DNA of 62,905 nucleotides, filler included, from Sphingomonadaceae bacterium (GCA_050261575.1; 4 parts of 4 records of this genome joined end to end with filler, not necessarily neighbours in it), one strand, 5' to 3'; shown: positions 10,287-19,885, numbered from the whole stretch's first letter. A program made the numbers and translations. The notes: generated by a model not told the origin, from the sequence alone.

Positions 10287-11648
10287 ATGTACCGGTTCGA
10301 CGACGAACTACTCAAGTCCGGCAGGATGAGCGGACAGAGAAGGGCTGCACTGGAGGTGCTCGCCGCGGCCCTGGAGGCGGCTGATCCGGGTAAGGCAGTC
10401 AAACGCTTTCTGCAGCTCCAAGGTGATCTCCTGCTGGTGGCCGACCGCAAGTACGACCTGCGGGGGTTCGATCGCGTGCTGGTGGTCGGCGCGGGCAAGG
10501 CGGGCTCCTCCATGGCGTCGGCGGTGGAGGAGGTGCTGGGCGACCGTGTTGCCGGGGGCATAGTGAACGTGAAGTACGGCCACGTTGCCCCGACCAAGCG
10601 TGTGCGCATCCACGAGGCCGGGCACCCGATGCCGGACGAGCAAGGGCTCGAGGGCACTCGGGAGATGGTGGATCTGCTCGAGGGTGCCGGTCCGCGGGAT
10701 CTGGTGATCACGGTCATCTCCGGCGGTGGTTCGGCCCTCATGGACCTGCCGGTCGATGGCATCACCCTAAATCACATGAAGGCGCTCACCGATGCGCTGC
10801 TGCGGAGTGGCGCCACCATCAACGAGATCAACACTATACGCAAGCACCTATCCCAGGTGAAGGGCGGCGGGCTCGCGAGGATCGCCAGTCCCGCTCGCGT
10901 GGTGTCCCTGATCCTTTCGGATGTGGTGGGCAACCCGCTGGACTTCATCGCCTCTGGCCCGACCGTTCCCGACAGCACCACCTTCCAAGATGCCTGGCGT
11001 GTGCTGGAGCAGTACGGGCTCACCGAGGCCGTTCCCGAGCCGATCGCGGTGCGGCTGCGGGCTGGCGTGCGTGGAGAGATCCCGGATACCCTCAAGGAGG
11101 GCGATCCAGTCTTCGAGAGGGTCCAGAACGTGGTCGTGGCCAGCAACGAACTGGCGGCGGAGGCCGCGGTGGCCAAGGCCCGAGAACTCGGCTTCAACAC
11201 CCTGCTTCTCTCCACCTTCGTCGAGGGTGAGGCGAGGGAGTTGGCGAAGATGTACGCCGCGATCGCCCGCGAGATGGTCGTGTATGGCCGGCCACTGGCC
11301 AGACCGGCGTGCGTGATTGCCGGCGGGGAGACGACGGTTACCGTGAGAGGCAATGGCAAAGGTGGCCGAAACCAGGAGATGGCCCTGGCGGCGGCGATCA
11401 AGATCGCGGGGCTGCAGGACGTCATGATCGTGCCGGCCGCCACCGACGGGACCGACGGCCCTACGGACGCGACTGGAGCCATAGCCGACGGTACGACCGT
11501 GGCGAGGGCGCTGGCCGCGGGGATGGACCCGGCGCAGTACCTGGCCAACAACGATGCCTACCACTTCTTCGAGAGGCTCGGGGATCTCATCAAGACCGGT
11601 CCGACCAACACCAACGTGAACGACCTGACCTTCGTGTACCTGTTCTGA
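10287..11648 (+). CDS. Glycerate 2-kinase (MOFRL family)
   Basis: GAGKAG, EAGHPMPD, ISGGGSAL, RKHLSQVKGG, ASGPT, GGETTV, GGRNQE, TDGTDG, TGPTNTNVND motifs. Confidence 0.95.
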   Translation: MYRFDDELLKSGRMSGQRRAALEVLAAALEAADPGKAVKRFLQLQGDLLLVADRKYDLRGFDRVLVVGAGKAGSSMASAVEEVLGDRVAGGIVNVKYGHVAPTKRVRIHEAGHPMPDEQGLEGTREMVDLLEGAGPRDLVITVISGGGSALMDLPVDGITLNHMKALTDALLRSGATINEINTIRKHLSQVKGGGLARIASPARVVSLILSDVVGNPLDFIASGPTVPDSTTFQDAWRVLEQYGLTEAVPEPIAVRLRAGVRGEIPDTLKEGDPVFERVQNVVVASNELAAEAAVAKARELGFNTLLLSTFVEGEARELAKMYAAIAREMVVYGRPLARPACVIAGGETTVTVRGNGKGGRNQEMALAAAIKIAGLQDVMIVPAATDGTDGPTDATGAIADGTTVARALAAGMDPAQYLANNDAYHFFERLGDLIKTGPTNTNVNDLTFVYLF

Positions 11649-11675
11649 TGGCAGACGGCTCACCAGGAGGGGATC

Positions 11676-12935
11676 ATGGCAGCATGGGACAGCGCGGTGG
11701 GCGGGGACGCCTGGGCGAAGGTTCGCGGGATCGGAAGCGCCGGGATGCTGGTTGGTATCCCCTGCTTCAACAACGCCCTCACCATCGGCCACGTCGTGAG
11801 TTCGGCGGCCGAGGGGCTCGCGCTCCACTTTCCGGGCGTCAGGGGGGTCATAGTGGCCTCGGACGGTGGCTCCACCGACGGCACCCTCCAGGTGGTGGAA
11901 CGCACGCCCGTGCCCGACGGCGTGGAGAAGGTGGCGCTGACCTACCAGGGGATACCGGGCAAGGGCAGCGCCTTCCGCGCCATCTTCGAAATCGCCCGGG
12001 CGCTGGGTGTGAAGGGCTGCGTGGTGGTGGACTCTGACCTTCGTAGCATCACTCCCGATTGGATCCGGCTGCTGGGCAATCCGGTGGCCGACGGCTCCTA
12101 CGGATACGTGGCCCCCTTCTACGTTCGCCACAAGTACGACGGAACCATCACCAACAGCATCGCCTACCCGATGACCCGTGCGCTGTACGGCGTCGCCGTC
12201 CGCCAGCCGATCGGTGGCGACTTCGGCTTCTCAGCGGGCCTTCTGGACCACTACCTCGGCCAGGATGTGTGGGAGAGCGACGTGGCCCGTTTCGGCATCG
12301 ACATCTGGATGACCACCACTGCCATCAACCAGGGATTCAGGGTGTGCCAGGCCCACCTGGGCGCCAAGATCCACGATGCCAAGGATCCGGCAGCCTCGCT
12401 CGGCCCGATGTTTCGGCAGGTGGTGGGCACTCTGTTCGCATTAATGAAGCGGCACGAGCGCAGATGGGCGGTCGCCGCCGGATCGGCCCCGGCGCCGCTG
12501 GTGGGCGAGCCCGTTTCGGTCGAGCCGGAGCCGGTGCCGGTGACCGTGTCCGCGATGGTGGAGCGATTCCGTGCGGCGTATCGGGCCGAGAGGGGGTTTT
12601 GGGCAGGCTTCCTGGCGGAGGAGAACCTGAGGCAGTTGGATGCCATCAGCGAGACGCCCGAGGAGGGCTTCCTCTTTCCTGTGGATCTGTGGGTGAAGAT
12701 CGTCTACGATTTCGCCGTGGCCTATCACCGGGCGGACCTCGACTCCAGCCGGGTGGTGGAGGCGCTGACCGGGCTGTACTACGGGCGCACGGCAGCCTTC
12801 TGCCGGGAGACAGCTACGATGACCACTGCGCAGGTGGAGTCGGGGACCATCGAGGAGGTAGCGCGGCGGTTCGAGGAGTTGAAGCCTTACTTGGTGCGAC
12901 GGTGGCGGGAATCCGCGCTGTTGGGGCGACCGTAG
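11676..12935 (+). CDS. GT-A glycosyltransferase, glucosylglycerate synthase-like
   Basis: GIPCFNN, SDGGSTDGT, GKGSA, DSDLRS, RHKYDGTITN, RQPIGGDFG, RFGIDIWMTT, GAKIHD motifs. Confidence 0.8.
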   Translation: MAAWDSAVGGDAWAKVRGIGSAGMLVGIPCFNNALTIGHVVSSAAEGLALHFPGVRGVIVASDGGSTDGTLQVVERTPVPDGVEKVALTYQGIPGKGSAFRAIFEIARALGVKGCVVVDSDLRSITPDWIRLLGNPVADGSYGYVAPFYVRHKYDGTITNSIAYPMTRALYGVAVRQPIGGDFGFSAGLLDHYLGQDVWESDVARFGIDIWMTTTAINQGFRVCQAHLGAKIHDAKDPAASLGPMFRQVVGTLFALMKRHERRWAVAAGSAPAPLVGEPVSVEPEPVPVTVSAMVERFRAAYRAERGFWAGFLAEENLRQLDAISETPEEGFLFPVDLWVKIVYDFAVAYHRADLDSSRVVEALTGLYYGRTAAFCRETATMTTAQVESGTIEEVARRFEELKPYLVRRWRESALLGRP

Positions 12936-12956
12936 GTCGCCCCCGCGCCAAAGGGG

Positions 12957-13256
12957 CTACATCGATCTGACGGCCTTTTCGGCTCGCTTGAAGTAGCTGT
13001 CGACGTACTGTTCCGCATCCTTCAGCAGGTTCAGAAGCACCGGCTTCATCTCGGGGATCACCCTCTCGGAAACGAACTCACGGCCGAACCTAGCCGCCTC
13101 TGTCTCGCCGATGTCTTTCGCTCGCTCGATAACCATCTGAGGGGATATCCCCCTCTCCTCCCGAGGCGGCCTGCGAGCCATGGTGTAGGCCAGGATCCCT
13201 GCAACCAGACCACTGGCGAGAAGCACGGCCACCATCGGGAACCTGTTCGTGTTCAT
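12957..13256 (-). CDS. Small membrane-anchored hypothetical protein (99 aa)
   Basis: GGAGG RBS before ATG; N-terminal TM (VAVLLASGLVAGILAY); amphipathic C-terminus. Confidence 0.75.
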   Translation of the reverse strand: MNTNRFPMVAVLLASGLVAGILAYTMARRPPREERGISPQMVIERAKDIGETEAARFGREFVSERVIPEMKPVLLNLLKDAEQYVDSYFKRAEKAVRSM

Positions 13257-13376
13257 TATCGTTCCTCCTGCTAGCCTTTGCCCAAGGGAGGTGGCGCGTC
13301 CGGCGAGTCGATCCGCTGGAGACGGGCCTCCCTCCAGCCCGGGCGGCAAGAGGGGCAAGATGCATGCCGATGGAAT

Positions 13377-13482
13377 CGAGCAGGGGCGGCAGCCTGCCGC
13401 CCCTGCTCGCGTAGAAGTCGTCGCTTGCCGGAGTATCGCGCGATGAAGTCCCACCTGCCGCCCCTGCTCGCGTAGAAGTCGT
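13377..13482. repeat. 16-bp inverted repeat overlapping a 29-bp direct repeat pair
   Basis: Hairpin arms 13377-13392 and 13394-13409; CCTGCCGCCCCTGCTCGCGTAGAAGTCGT at 13393-13421 and 13454-13482. Confidence 0.9.
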
Positions 13483-13484
13483 GT

Positions 13485-14855
13485 TTACGGCTGGATCTCG
13501 AGGGCCTTCAGTTTGGCTTCCAGCTCCGCAGTATCGAGACTGAGCATCTTGGCGACCGCCGCTACGTTGCCTTCTGCTCGGCTCAGCGCCTGCTGGAGAA
13601 GCTGCGTCTCGATGTCGGACATGATCTGCTGGTAGGACTGGTTCTCCTGCAGCTTCTGGTCCAGATCCACGAAGCGCTTCTGCTTGGCCGGGGTCAGGTA
13701 GAGATACTGGCTGGTGATGATGCCGCCCTGAGCCATCACCACAGCTCGCTCGATGGTGTTCTCCAACTCGCGGACGTTGCCCGGCCAGTCGTGCTTCATC
13801 AGCACCTTGATGGCCTCTTCGCTGATGCGGGAAGGTGGGCTGCTCACGCTGAAGCGGTGCTTGTGGAGGAAGTGTTCCACCAGGAGTGGGATGTCATCCT
13901 TGCGATCGCGCAGCGGGGGCATGAACACGGAGATCACGTTGAGCCGGTAGTAGAGATCCTCCCGGAAGCGGCCAGCAGCCACCTCTGCGGCGAGATCCTT
14001 GTTTGTGGCGGCGATGACGCGAACGTCCACCTGGATCGGCACTGAGCCGCCGACTCGCTCGAACTCCTTCTCCTGCAGCACCCGAAGCAGCTTCTTCTGG
14101 GTGCCCAGAGACATCTCGCCGATCTCGTCGAGGAAGATGGTCCCCTTGTGGGCGAGTTCGAAGCGGCCCTTCCGCTGGACCATGGCTCCGGTGAATGAGC
14201 CCTTCTCGTGGCCGAACAGCTCACTCTCCAGCAGCGTCTCCGGCAGGGCGGCGCAACTCACCTTTACCAGCGGTCCCTGGCGACGTGTCGAGTGCTGATG
14301 GAGGGTGTGAGCCACCAACTCCTTGCCGGTGCCGGTCTCTCCCCAGATCAGAACCGTGGCGTCGCTGCGTGCCACGCGGCCGATGGTCTTGTAGACCTCC
14401 TGCATCGCCTGGGTCTTGCCGATGATCTTGTCGGAAGGGTCGGGCTTCTCCAACTGCCCCCGTAGCTTCTTGACCTCCGCCGTGAGCTCCTGATACTCGA
14501 AGAAGCGGCGGACGGTGAGCAGGACGTCATCGAGCTCGAAGGGCTTGGTTATATAGTCAAACGCACCCAACTGGATCGCTTGGATGGCGGAGTTGGCGGT
14601 GCCGTGAGCTGTCATCAACAGGACCGGGACCTTGATGTTCTGCTCTCCGAGCTTCTTCATCACCTCGATCCCGTCCCACTCGGGCATACGAAGATCCATG
14701 ATGACGAGATCGGGGGTGTGCTCCGGCAGCATCCGCAGCACCTCACCGCCGGACTTGGCCTCGGTGGTGTCGTACCCCTCGCTCTCCAAGAAGTTGCGCA
14801 AGAGCAAACGGATCGACGGATCGTCATCAGCAATTAGGATTTGCCTCTTTGTCAT
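13485..14855 (-). CDS. Sigma-54-dependent response regulator (NtrC/AtoC family)
   Basis: Receiver domain (ADDD, MDLRMP, KPF), GETGTGKE, ESELFGHEKGSFTGA, FLDEIGE, RFREDLYYRL, WPGNVRELEN. Confidence 0.95.
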   Translation of the reverse strand: MTKRQILIADDDPSIRLLLRNFLESEGYDTTEAKSGGEVLRMLPEHTPDLVIMDLRMPEWDGIEVMKKLGEQNIKVPVLLMTAHGTANSAIQAIQLGAFDYITKPFELDDVLLTVRRFFEYQELTAEVKKLRGQLEKPDPSDKIIGKTQAMQEVYKTIGRVARSDATVLIWGETGTGKELVAHTLHQHSTRRQGPLVKVSCAALPETLLESELFGHEKGSFTGAMVQRKGRFELAHKGTIFLDEIGEMSLGTQKKLLRVLQEKEFERVGGSVPIQVDVRVIAATNKDLAAEVAAGRFREDLYYRLNVISVFMPPLRDRKDDIPLLVEHFLHKHRFSVSSPPSRISEEAIKVLMKHDWPGNVRELENTIERAVVMAQGGIITSQYLYLTPAKQKRFVDLDQKLQENQSYQQIMSDIETQLLQQALSRAEGNVAAVAKMLSLDTAELEAKLKALEIQP

Positions 14856-14984
14856 TACCGTTGCTCCCTATTGCTAATAGTTGCACACCTTATTATAGCC
14901 GATTACGGCCCTCCATTCAAGCTAGAAGTACATGGTTGCCGGTTAAGCCATCGATCGATCGACTGGGGAGTGCAGGACGGTCGA

Positions 14985-15605
14985 TTACTTGCTCTCTGCG
15001 CGAAGGGCGCGATACTCGGCGGCGGCTGTCTTGAAATCCTCGATGGCCTGGCGCAGCACCACGTCGTAGTCGCTGCCCTCCAGCCGGAGGATGTAGGCGG
15101 GGTGGTAGGTGGCAATCAGCTTCTTCCCCGAGGGTCCGCTGAACCACTGGCCGTGCTCTTGGGTCATCCGGAAGCCGCGGTGAATCAGCACGTTGGCGGC
15201 GAGGTTGCCCAGGCAGAGGATCAGCTTTGGGGAGATGATCTTCAGTTCGCGGTCGAGCATCTCCTTGTAGTACGTCAGTTCGTCGGCCCTGGGCAGACGG
15301 TTCTTGATCTTTCCATCCACCGTCTTGGAGGCTCTGCGCTTCAGCACGTTCGTCAGCCAGATTTCCCGCCTATCCAGGTCTGCCGCTGCCAGCAGCTTGT
15401 CCAGCAACTGGCCGGCTCGCCCGACGAAGGGGCGCCCCTCCATCTCCTCGCGCTCCCCAGGTCCCTCTCCCACGATGACGAAGGGCGAAGTGGGGTCGCC
15501 CTCACCGAACACAACCTTCTCCGACGTCTCCGCCAGCGGGCAGGTCTTGCACTCTTCCAACTCCCTATTAAGTTGTTCCAGTTCTCGGGCGACGTCTCGC
15601 TTCAC
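14985..15605 (-). CDS. Uracil-DNA glycosylase, family 4-like (divergent)
   Basis: CKTCPL, VGEGPG, GRPFVGRAGQLL, TYHPAYILR motifs; GTG start inferred. Confidence 0.88.
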   Translation of the reverse strand: MKRDVARELEQLNRELEECKTCPLAETSEKVVFGEGDPTSPFVIVGEGPGEREEMEGRPFVGRAGQLLDKLLAAADLDRREIWLTNVLKRRASKTVDGKIKNRLPRADELTYYKEMLDRELKIISPKLILCLGNLAANVLIHRGFRMTQEHGQWFSGPSGKKLIATYHPAYILRLEGSDYDVVLRQAIEDFKTAAAEYRALRAESK

Positions 15606-15645
15606 GATCGTATCCCTGCCTATCCCGCGGGCTTTCCCGTCGTAC

Positions 15646-18084
15646 TCAAGGGCCGGCGCCAATCGGCATGGCCGCGCCGGACCCGGCCGGTCCTGCGTTG
15701 GCGGGGGCGGACCCGTCGGGTTGGGCTGAGCCTGCGGGCGGCCCGGATCCCTGAGGCGCCGGAAGCGGTGTCGGGGCCGGATTGGGTGCCTGAGCGGAGC
15801 CGAGCGTGGTGGGCTCCTCGGTGGGCAGGGCCTCAGGCGTTGGGGTCGGCTCGCCCGGCTGAGGGGTGGGGGTCGGCTGCAGCGCCACTCCGGACTCGGA
15901 AACCGTCTGCCCGAGGGGGGTGGCCTGTGGCGAGGCGCCCCTTCTCTCCGCGGACGGGGTGGGAAGCCCCTGAATCACCGCGTAACGGACGGGGTCGTAG
16001 CCCTCGGGGTGCACCTCCACTAGCACGTGAGGGCAGTCGGGGGTAGGCAACTGGCCGGTCTCCCTGCACACCCGATACTCCCGAACCCCTGGCGGTGGCA
16101 CGAAGTCCACGACCGGTGTGCCCGCGTGGACGTCCTCCATGAACTGGTGCCAGATGCGGCCGGCGCCCAACGAGCCCAATACCTCCCTCATGGGTGTGCT
16201 ATCGGTGTTGCCCACCCACACGCCGGTTACCAGGTTCGGGGTGTAGCCGATGGTCCACGAGTCCTTGTAGTCGTCGGTGGATCCCGTCTTGGCGGCCGCT
16301 GGCCGGGTGAGCTTCAGTGGGCTGTTGGGGCCCTGAAGTGGCTCGCGGGCAGTGTTGTCCGAGAGTATGCTGGTGATCATGTACGCGTGAACGGGGCTCA
16401 CCAACTGCCGGCCCTCGGGCGGGGTGTACTGCTCCAGGACGCGTCCCTCCGCGTCTTCTATGCGCAAGACAGCCACCGGAGGCACCAGGACCCCCCCGTT
16501 GGCTAGGCCGGAGTAGGCTGAGACCATGTCCAGCAATCTGGCCTCGCCACCCCCGAGAGCGAGACTGAGCCCGTACAGGTCCGGGTTTTCGAAGTGGATG
16601 CCGAAGGCTCCGGCCATCTTCACGAAGTCAGGAATGCCGACGAACATGAGGGCCTTCACCGCCGGAATGTTCTTGGAGTTCGACAGCGCGTGGCGCACCG
16701 TCATCGGCCCGTCGAACTTGAAGTCGTAGTTGTGGGGCCTGTAGGGTGGCTGGCCCGGCGCGTTGGGGAAGGCTGTCGGCTCGTCGACGACGATGGTCTC
16801 GGGCGCCCAGCCTTTGGAGAAGGCTGCCACGTAGACGATCGGCTTGATAGTGGAGCCCGGCTGCCTCTTGGAGATTGCCACGTTTACCTGACCGTCGATG
16901 CTTGCGTCGTAGTAGTCCTTGCTGCCCACCATGGCCAGTATTTCGCCGGTCTTGGGGTCGATGGAGACCAGGGCGGCGTTGTTGGCGTTCTGCCTCTGCA
17001 GATACTGCAGTTGGTCGCGGATCGCGTTCTCCGCCAGGCGGTTGTAATCCAGATCGATGGTGGTGATGACCTTCAGCCCCCCCCGGTAGACCACGTTGGC
17101 CCCGTACTTCTGCTCGAGCAACTGGCGGACGTACATGACGAAGTGGGGTGCCAGGATCTTCACATCCTGGTCCGGCCGCAGATGTAGCGGCTCCCCCTTG
17201 GCCTGCTCCGCCTCAGCCCTGGTGATGTATCCCTCCGAGACCATCCGATCCAGCACGTGCGCCTGGCGCGCCTTCGCCTCGCTGAAGTTGACGAACGGAT
17301 CGTACTGGCTAGGCGCTTGGGGCAGGCCGGTCAGCAGTGCGGACTCCGCCAGGGTCAGCTCACTTGCGTGCCTGCCGAAGTAGGTCTGCGCTGCTGCTTC
17401 GATCCCGTACGATAGGTGGCCGTAGTAGATCTCGTTCAGGTACATCTCCAGGATCTGGTCCTTGGGGTACTGCTGCGTCATCCGGAAGGCGAGCACTGCC
17501 TCTCGCAGCTTGCGCCCGTAGCTCTGGTCGGTCCGCTCGCTCTTGTCGAGGAGCACGTTCTTCGCGAGCTGTTGGGCAATGGTGCTGGCGCCGGACACTA
17601 TCTGGCCAGAGGTCACGTTGTTTAGAACTGCCCTCGCGATCCCAGCGGGATCGAAGCCCCAGTTGTTGTAGAAGTCCTTGTCCTCGGTAGCGATGGTTGC
17701 GGCGATCACGTAGGGCGATACGTCGCCCAGGTGGATGGGGGTTCGCTTGCCACCTTCCTGATCGTAGACCTCGTACAGCAGCTTGCCATTGCGGTCGAGG
17801 ATCTGCGTGGTCTTGAATGAGAGCCGCTCCGACATCTGGGTCAGAGGCGGAAGGTCCGTCGTGTAGGCGGTGTAGACGGAGTACACTGCCCCGAGGGTGA
17901 CCAGGAGGAGCATGGCTCCAAAGGTCGCGATCACCATCAGAAAGAAGCTTGCCCCCAGCTTCCTCTCAGGGATCCTGGCCATCCTCTCCGATCTCGTTCG
18001 GGCGAGGTACTTGGAGGAGAGGCGAGGGCTCTTCCTCAGACCGCGTCGCCTCCGGTCCGCGTCGAAGGGGAAGTCGCGTGCCAT
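15646..18084 (-). CDS. Class A penicillin-binding protein (PBP1A family)
   Basis: Transglycosylase motifs (TEDKDF, GASTIAQQLAKN, RKLRE, YLNEIYYG) and transpeptidase motifs (STIK, SKN, KTG). Confidence 0.95.
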   Translation of the reverse strand: MARDFPFDADRRRRGLRKSPRLSSKYLARTRSERMARIPERKLGASFFLMVIATFGAMLLLVTLGAVYSVYTAYTTDLPPLTQMSERLSFKTTQILDRNGKLLYEVYDQEGGKRTPIHLGDVSPYVIAATIATEDKDFYNNWGFDPAGIARAVLNNVTSGQIVSGASTIAQQLAKNVLLDKSERTDQSYGRKLREAVLAFRMTQQYPKDQILEMYLNEIYYGHLSYGIEAAAQTYFGRHASELTLAESALLTGLPQAPSQYDPFVNFSEAKARQAHVLDRMVSEGYITRAEAEQAKGEPLHLRPDQDVKILAPHFVMYVRQLLEQKYGANVVYRGGLKVITTIDLDYNRLAENAIRDQLQYLQRQNANNAALVSIDPKTGEILAMVGSKDYYDASIDGQVNVAISKRQPGSTIKPIVYVAAFSKGWAPETIVVDEPTAFPNAPGQPPYRPHNYDFKFDGPMTVRHALSNSKNIPAVKALMFVGIPDFVKMAGAFGIHFENPDLYGLSLALGGGEARLLDMVSAYSGLANGGVLVPPVAVLRIEDAEGRVLEQYTPPEGRQLVSPVHAYMITSILSDNTAREPLQGPNSPLKLTRPAAAKTGSTDDYKDSWTIGYTPNLVTGVWVGNTDSTPMREVLGSLGAGRIWHQFMEDVHAGTPVVDFVPPPGVREYRVCRETGQLPTPDCPHVLVEVHPEGYDPVRYAVIQGLPTPSAERRGASPQATPLGQTVSESGVALQPTPTPQPGEPTPTPEALPTEEPTTLGSAQAPNPAPTPLPAPQGSGPPAGSAQPDGSAPANAGPAGSGAAMPIGAGP

Positions 18085-18263
18085 ATCACAGAGATCCCAC
18101 TAGGAAAAGCATGCCGGAGTTGAGGCAATAGATGTGCCAGGGAAGAGGCAGAGGGAATGGGGGAGGATGGGGAGGAGGGAGGTGGGTGGAGGACTCTCGC
18201 CGCGGAAATGCACCTCGAGTCCTCTCCCTGCCTCCCTCTAGAAGTAGAGAAGGAGTCCTGGGG

Positions 18264-19511
18264 TTAAGGGGTAGGCATCTCTCCCAGGGTGACTTCGAAG
18301 GTCCGGCGACCGGTGCCCCGCGCCACCTGAACCTTCACCTTCTGCCCGATCTTGAACTTGTTGATGCTTCTCCTCAGATCCGCGACGGATCGGATTTCGT
18401 CCGCTTCGATCGCGACGATGATGTCGCCTGCTTCCATCCCTGCTCGGGCGGCGGGGCCGCCGCGGGTGACACGCACCACGTAGACGCCCCTCTCTACTGG
18501 TAGCCGGTACTGGCGGGCGAGCGCGGGTGTGACCGTGGCGAGTTCGATGCCGAGGAATGGGCGGCGCACCATGCCGTACGCGATCAGGTCGTCGATGATC
18601 GGCTTGGCACTGTTGATGGAGATTGCGAAGCCGATTCCCTGAGCTGGAGCCTCGCTGGAGCCGGTGGCAACGGCGGTGTTGACCCCGATCACCTGCGCGG
18701 CCGCGTTGACGAGGGGGCCACCGCTGTTGCCGGGGTTGATGGCGGCGTCGGTCTGGATCAACTGGTGGAGGGTTATCCCGTTGGGCTCGTCGATGCTCCT
18801 GTTGAGCGCACTGACCACTCCGGACGTGACGGTGGGGCCGCCCTCCAGCCCGAGTGCGTTGCCGATGGCGACGACGGGCTCGCCCACCTGAAGGGTGTCG
18901 GAGTCACCGAGTGTGACCACCGGCAGGTTGTCCGCCTCGATCTGTATCACCGCTAGGTCGGTGGATGGGTCTCGTCCCACCAGGCTCGCGCTGTACGGCT
19001 CGTCGCGGTCCGGCAGGGTGACCACCATCTCTTCTGCGTCCTCGATGACGTGGTTATTGGTGATGATGTATCCCCTTGGATCGATGATGGCACCGGAGCC
19101 GACGCCGCTGGTGGGGACCGGTTCGAGGAAGTAGCCGAGAGAGGTGCCCTTGACCACTATCTGCACGACGGCAGGGCGCACCTTCGCGGCCACCTGCACG
19201 ACGTTCATCGCTGCAGTCGGCGGCGAAGCCAGGATCGGTTCGGGCCGAAGCTGGGTGGACACCCCGCCACTGCCAGGCGCTGCAGTTGGTGCTGGCTTGG
19301 TGGCTTCGGGCTGTTGCGCCTGCGCAACCGTCGAAGCCGGGGCGGCCGTGGGGGATTGGGCTATCTTCGTGGGCTCAGGCTGGGAGGAGCGAGGCACCGA
19401 TTGCTGGCCAAGCACGGGCAGTTGGAGGGCGCAGCCGGTGATCAGCATGGCGCTGGTTAGACTGAGGATGGCAGCGGTCAGGATGGATGGCAGTGATCTC
19501 CCTTTCCCCAT
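18264..19511 (-). CDS. htrA: HtrA/DegP-like serine protease with one PDZ domain, predicted lipoprotein
   Basis: GSGAI, TNNHV, DLAV, QTDAAINPGNSGGPL, PDZ domain; lipobox-like LITGC. Confidence 0.93.
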   Translation of the reverse strand: MGKGRSLPSILTAAILSLTSAMLITGCALQLPVLGQQSVPRSSQPEPTKIAQSPTAAPASTVAQAQQPEATKPAPTAAPGSGGVSTQLRPEPILASPPTAAMNVVQVAAKVRPAVVQIVVKGTSLGYFLEPVPTSGVGSGAIIDPRGYIITNNHVIEDAEEMVVTLPDRDEPYSASLVGRDPSTDLAVIQIEADNLPVVTLGDSDTLQVGEPVVAIGNALGLEGGPTVTSGVVSALNRSIDEPNGITLHQLIQTDAAINPGNSGGPLVNAAAQVIGVNTAVATGSSEAPAQGIGFAISINSAKPIIDDLIAYGMVRRPFLGIELATVTPALARQYRLPVERGVYVVRVTRGGPAARAGMEAGDIIVAIEADEIRSVADLRRSINKFKIGQKVKVQVARGTGRRTFEVTLGEMPTP

Positions 19512-19662
19512 GCGGTCACTCCTGTCGGTGCGGCGGACGAGTTGCCGCCGAGGTGTGGCTTAGGAGGGGCTGGCGCGTCGATCTGCAAGCAGGGCCGGCA
19601 GTCACAGTGTGCTCGCTCGCCTCACGTGTGCCCCGCCGCCCGGTCCATCGGACGCACCCGGC

Positions 19663-19687
19663 GGCGGGGGATGAACCCTCGCCCTAC
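19663..19687 (-). repeat. GTAG-type REP-like palindrome
   Basis: Reverse complement GTAGGGCGAGGGTTCATCCCCCGCC; 23/25 identical to 27236-27260. Confidence 0.7.
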
Positions 19688-19785
19688 CCCATGGGACTTG
19701 CGGAATGGTGCGCCTAACCAGGTATCTCTAGATAGAGTGCGCGTTTCCAGTCAGAGAAGTTTACACGAACTAGAGATACCCGCTT

Positions 19786-19794
19786 AGTATAGCA
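19786..19794 (-). promoter_or_regulatory. Extended -10 element (TGcTATACT), probable htrA promoter
   Basis: Minus-strand TGCTATACT about 275 bp upstream of htrA. Confidence 0.45.
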
Positions 19795-19885
19795 TCGAGG
19801 GCCGGATGGGGAGCGGATTCCGCCGGCCGGCTGTGGCCCAGACTCGGCCGGAGACGGTCTGGGAGTGGCCGGTTGCGACCGCGGG

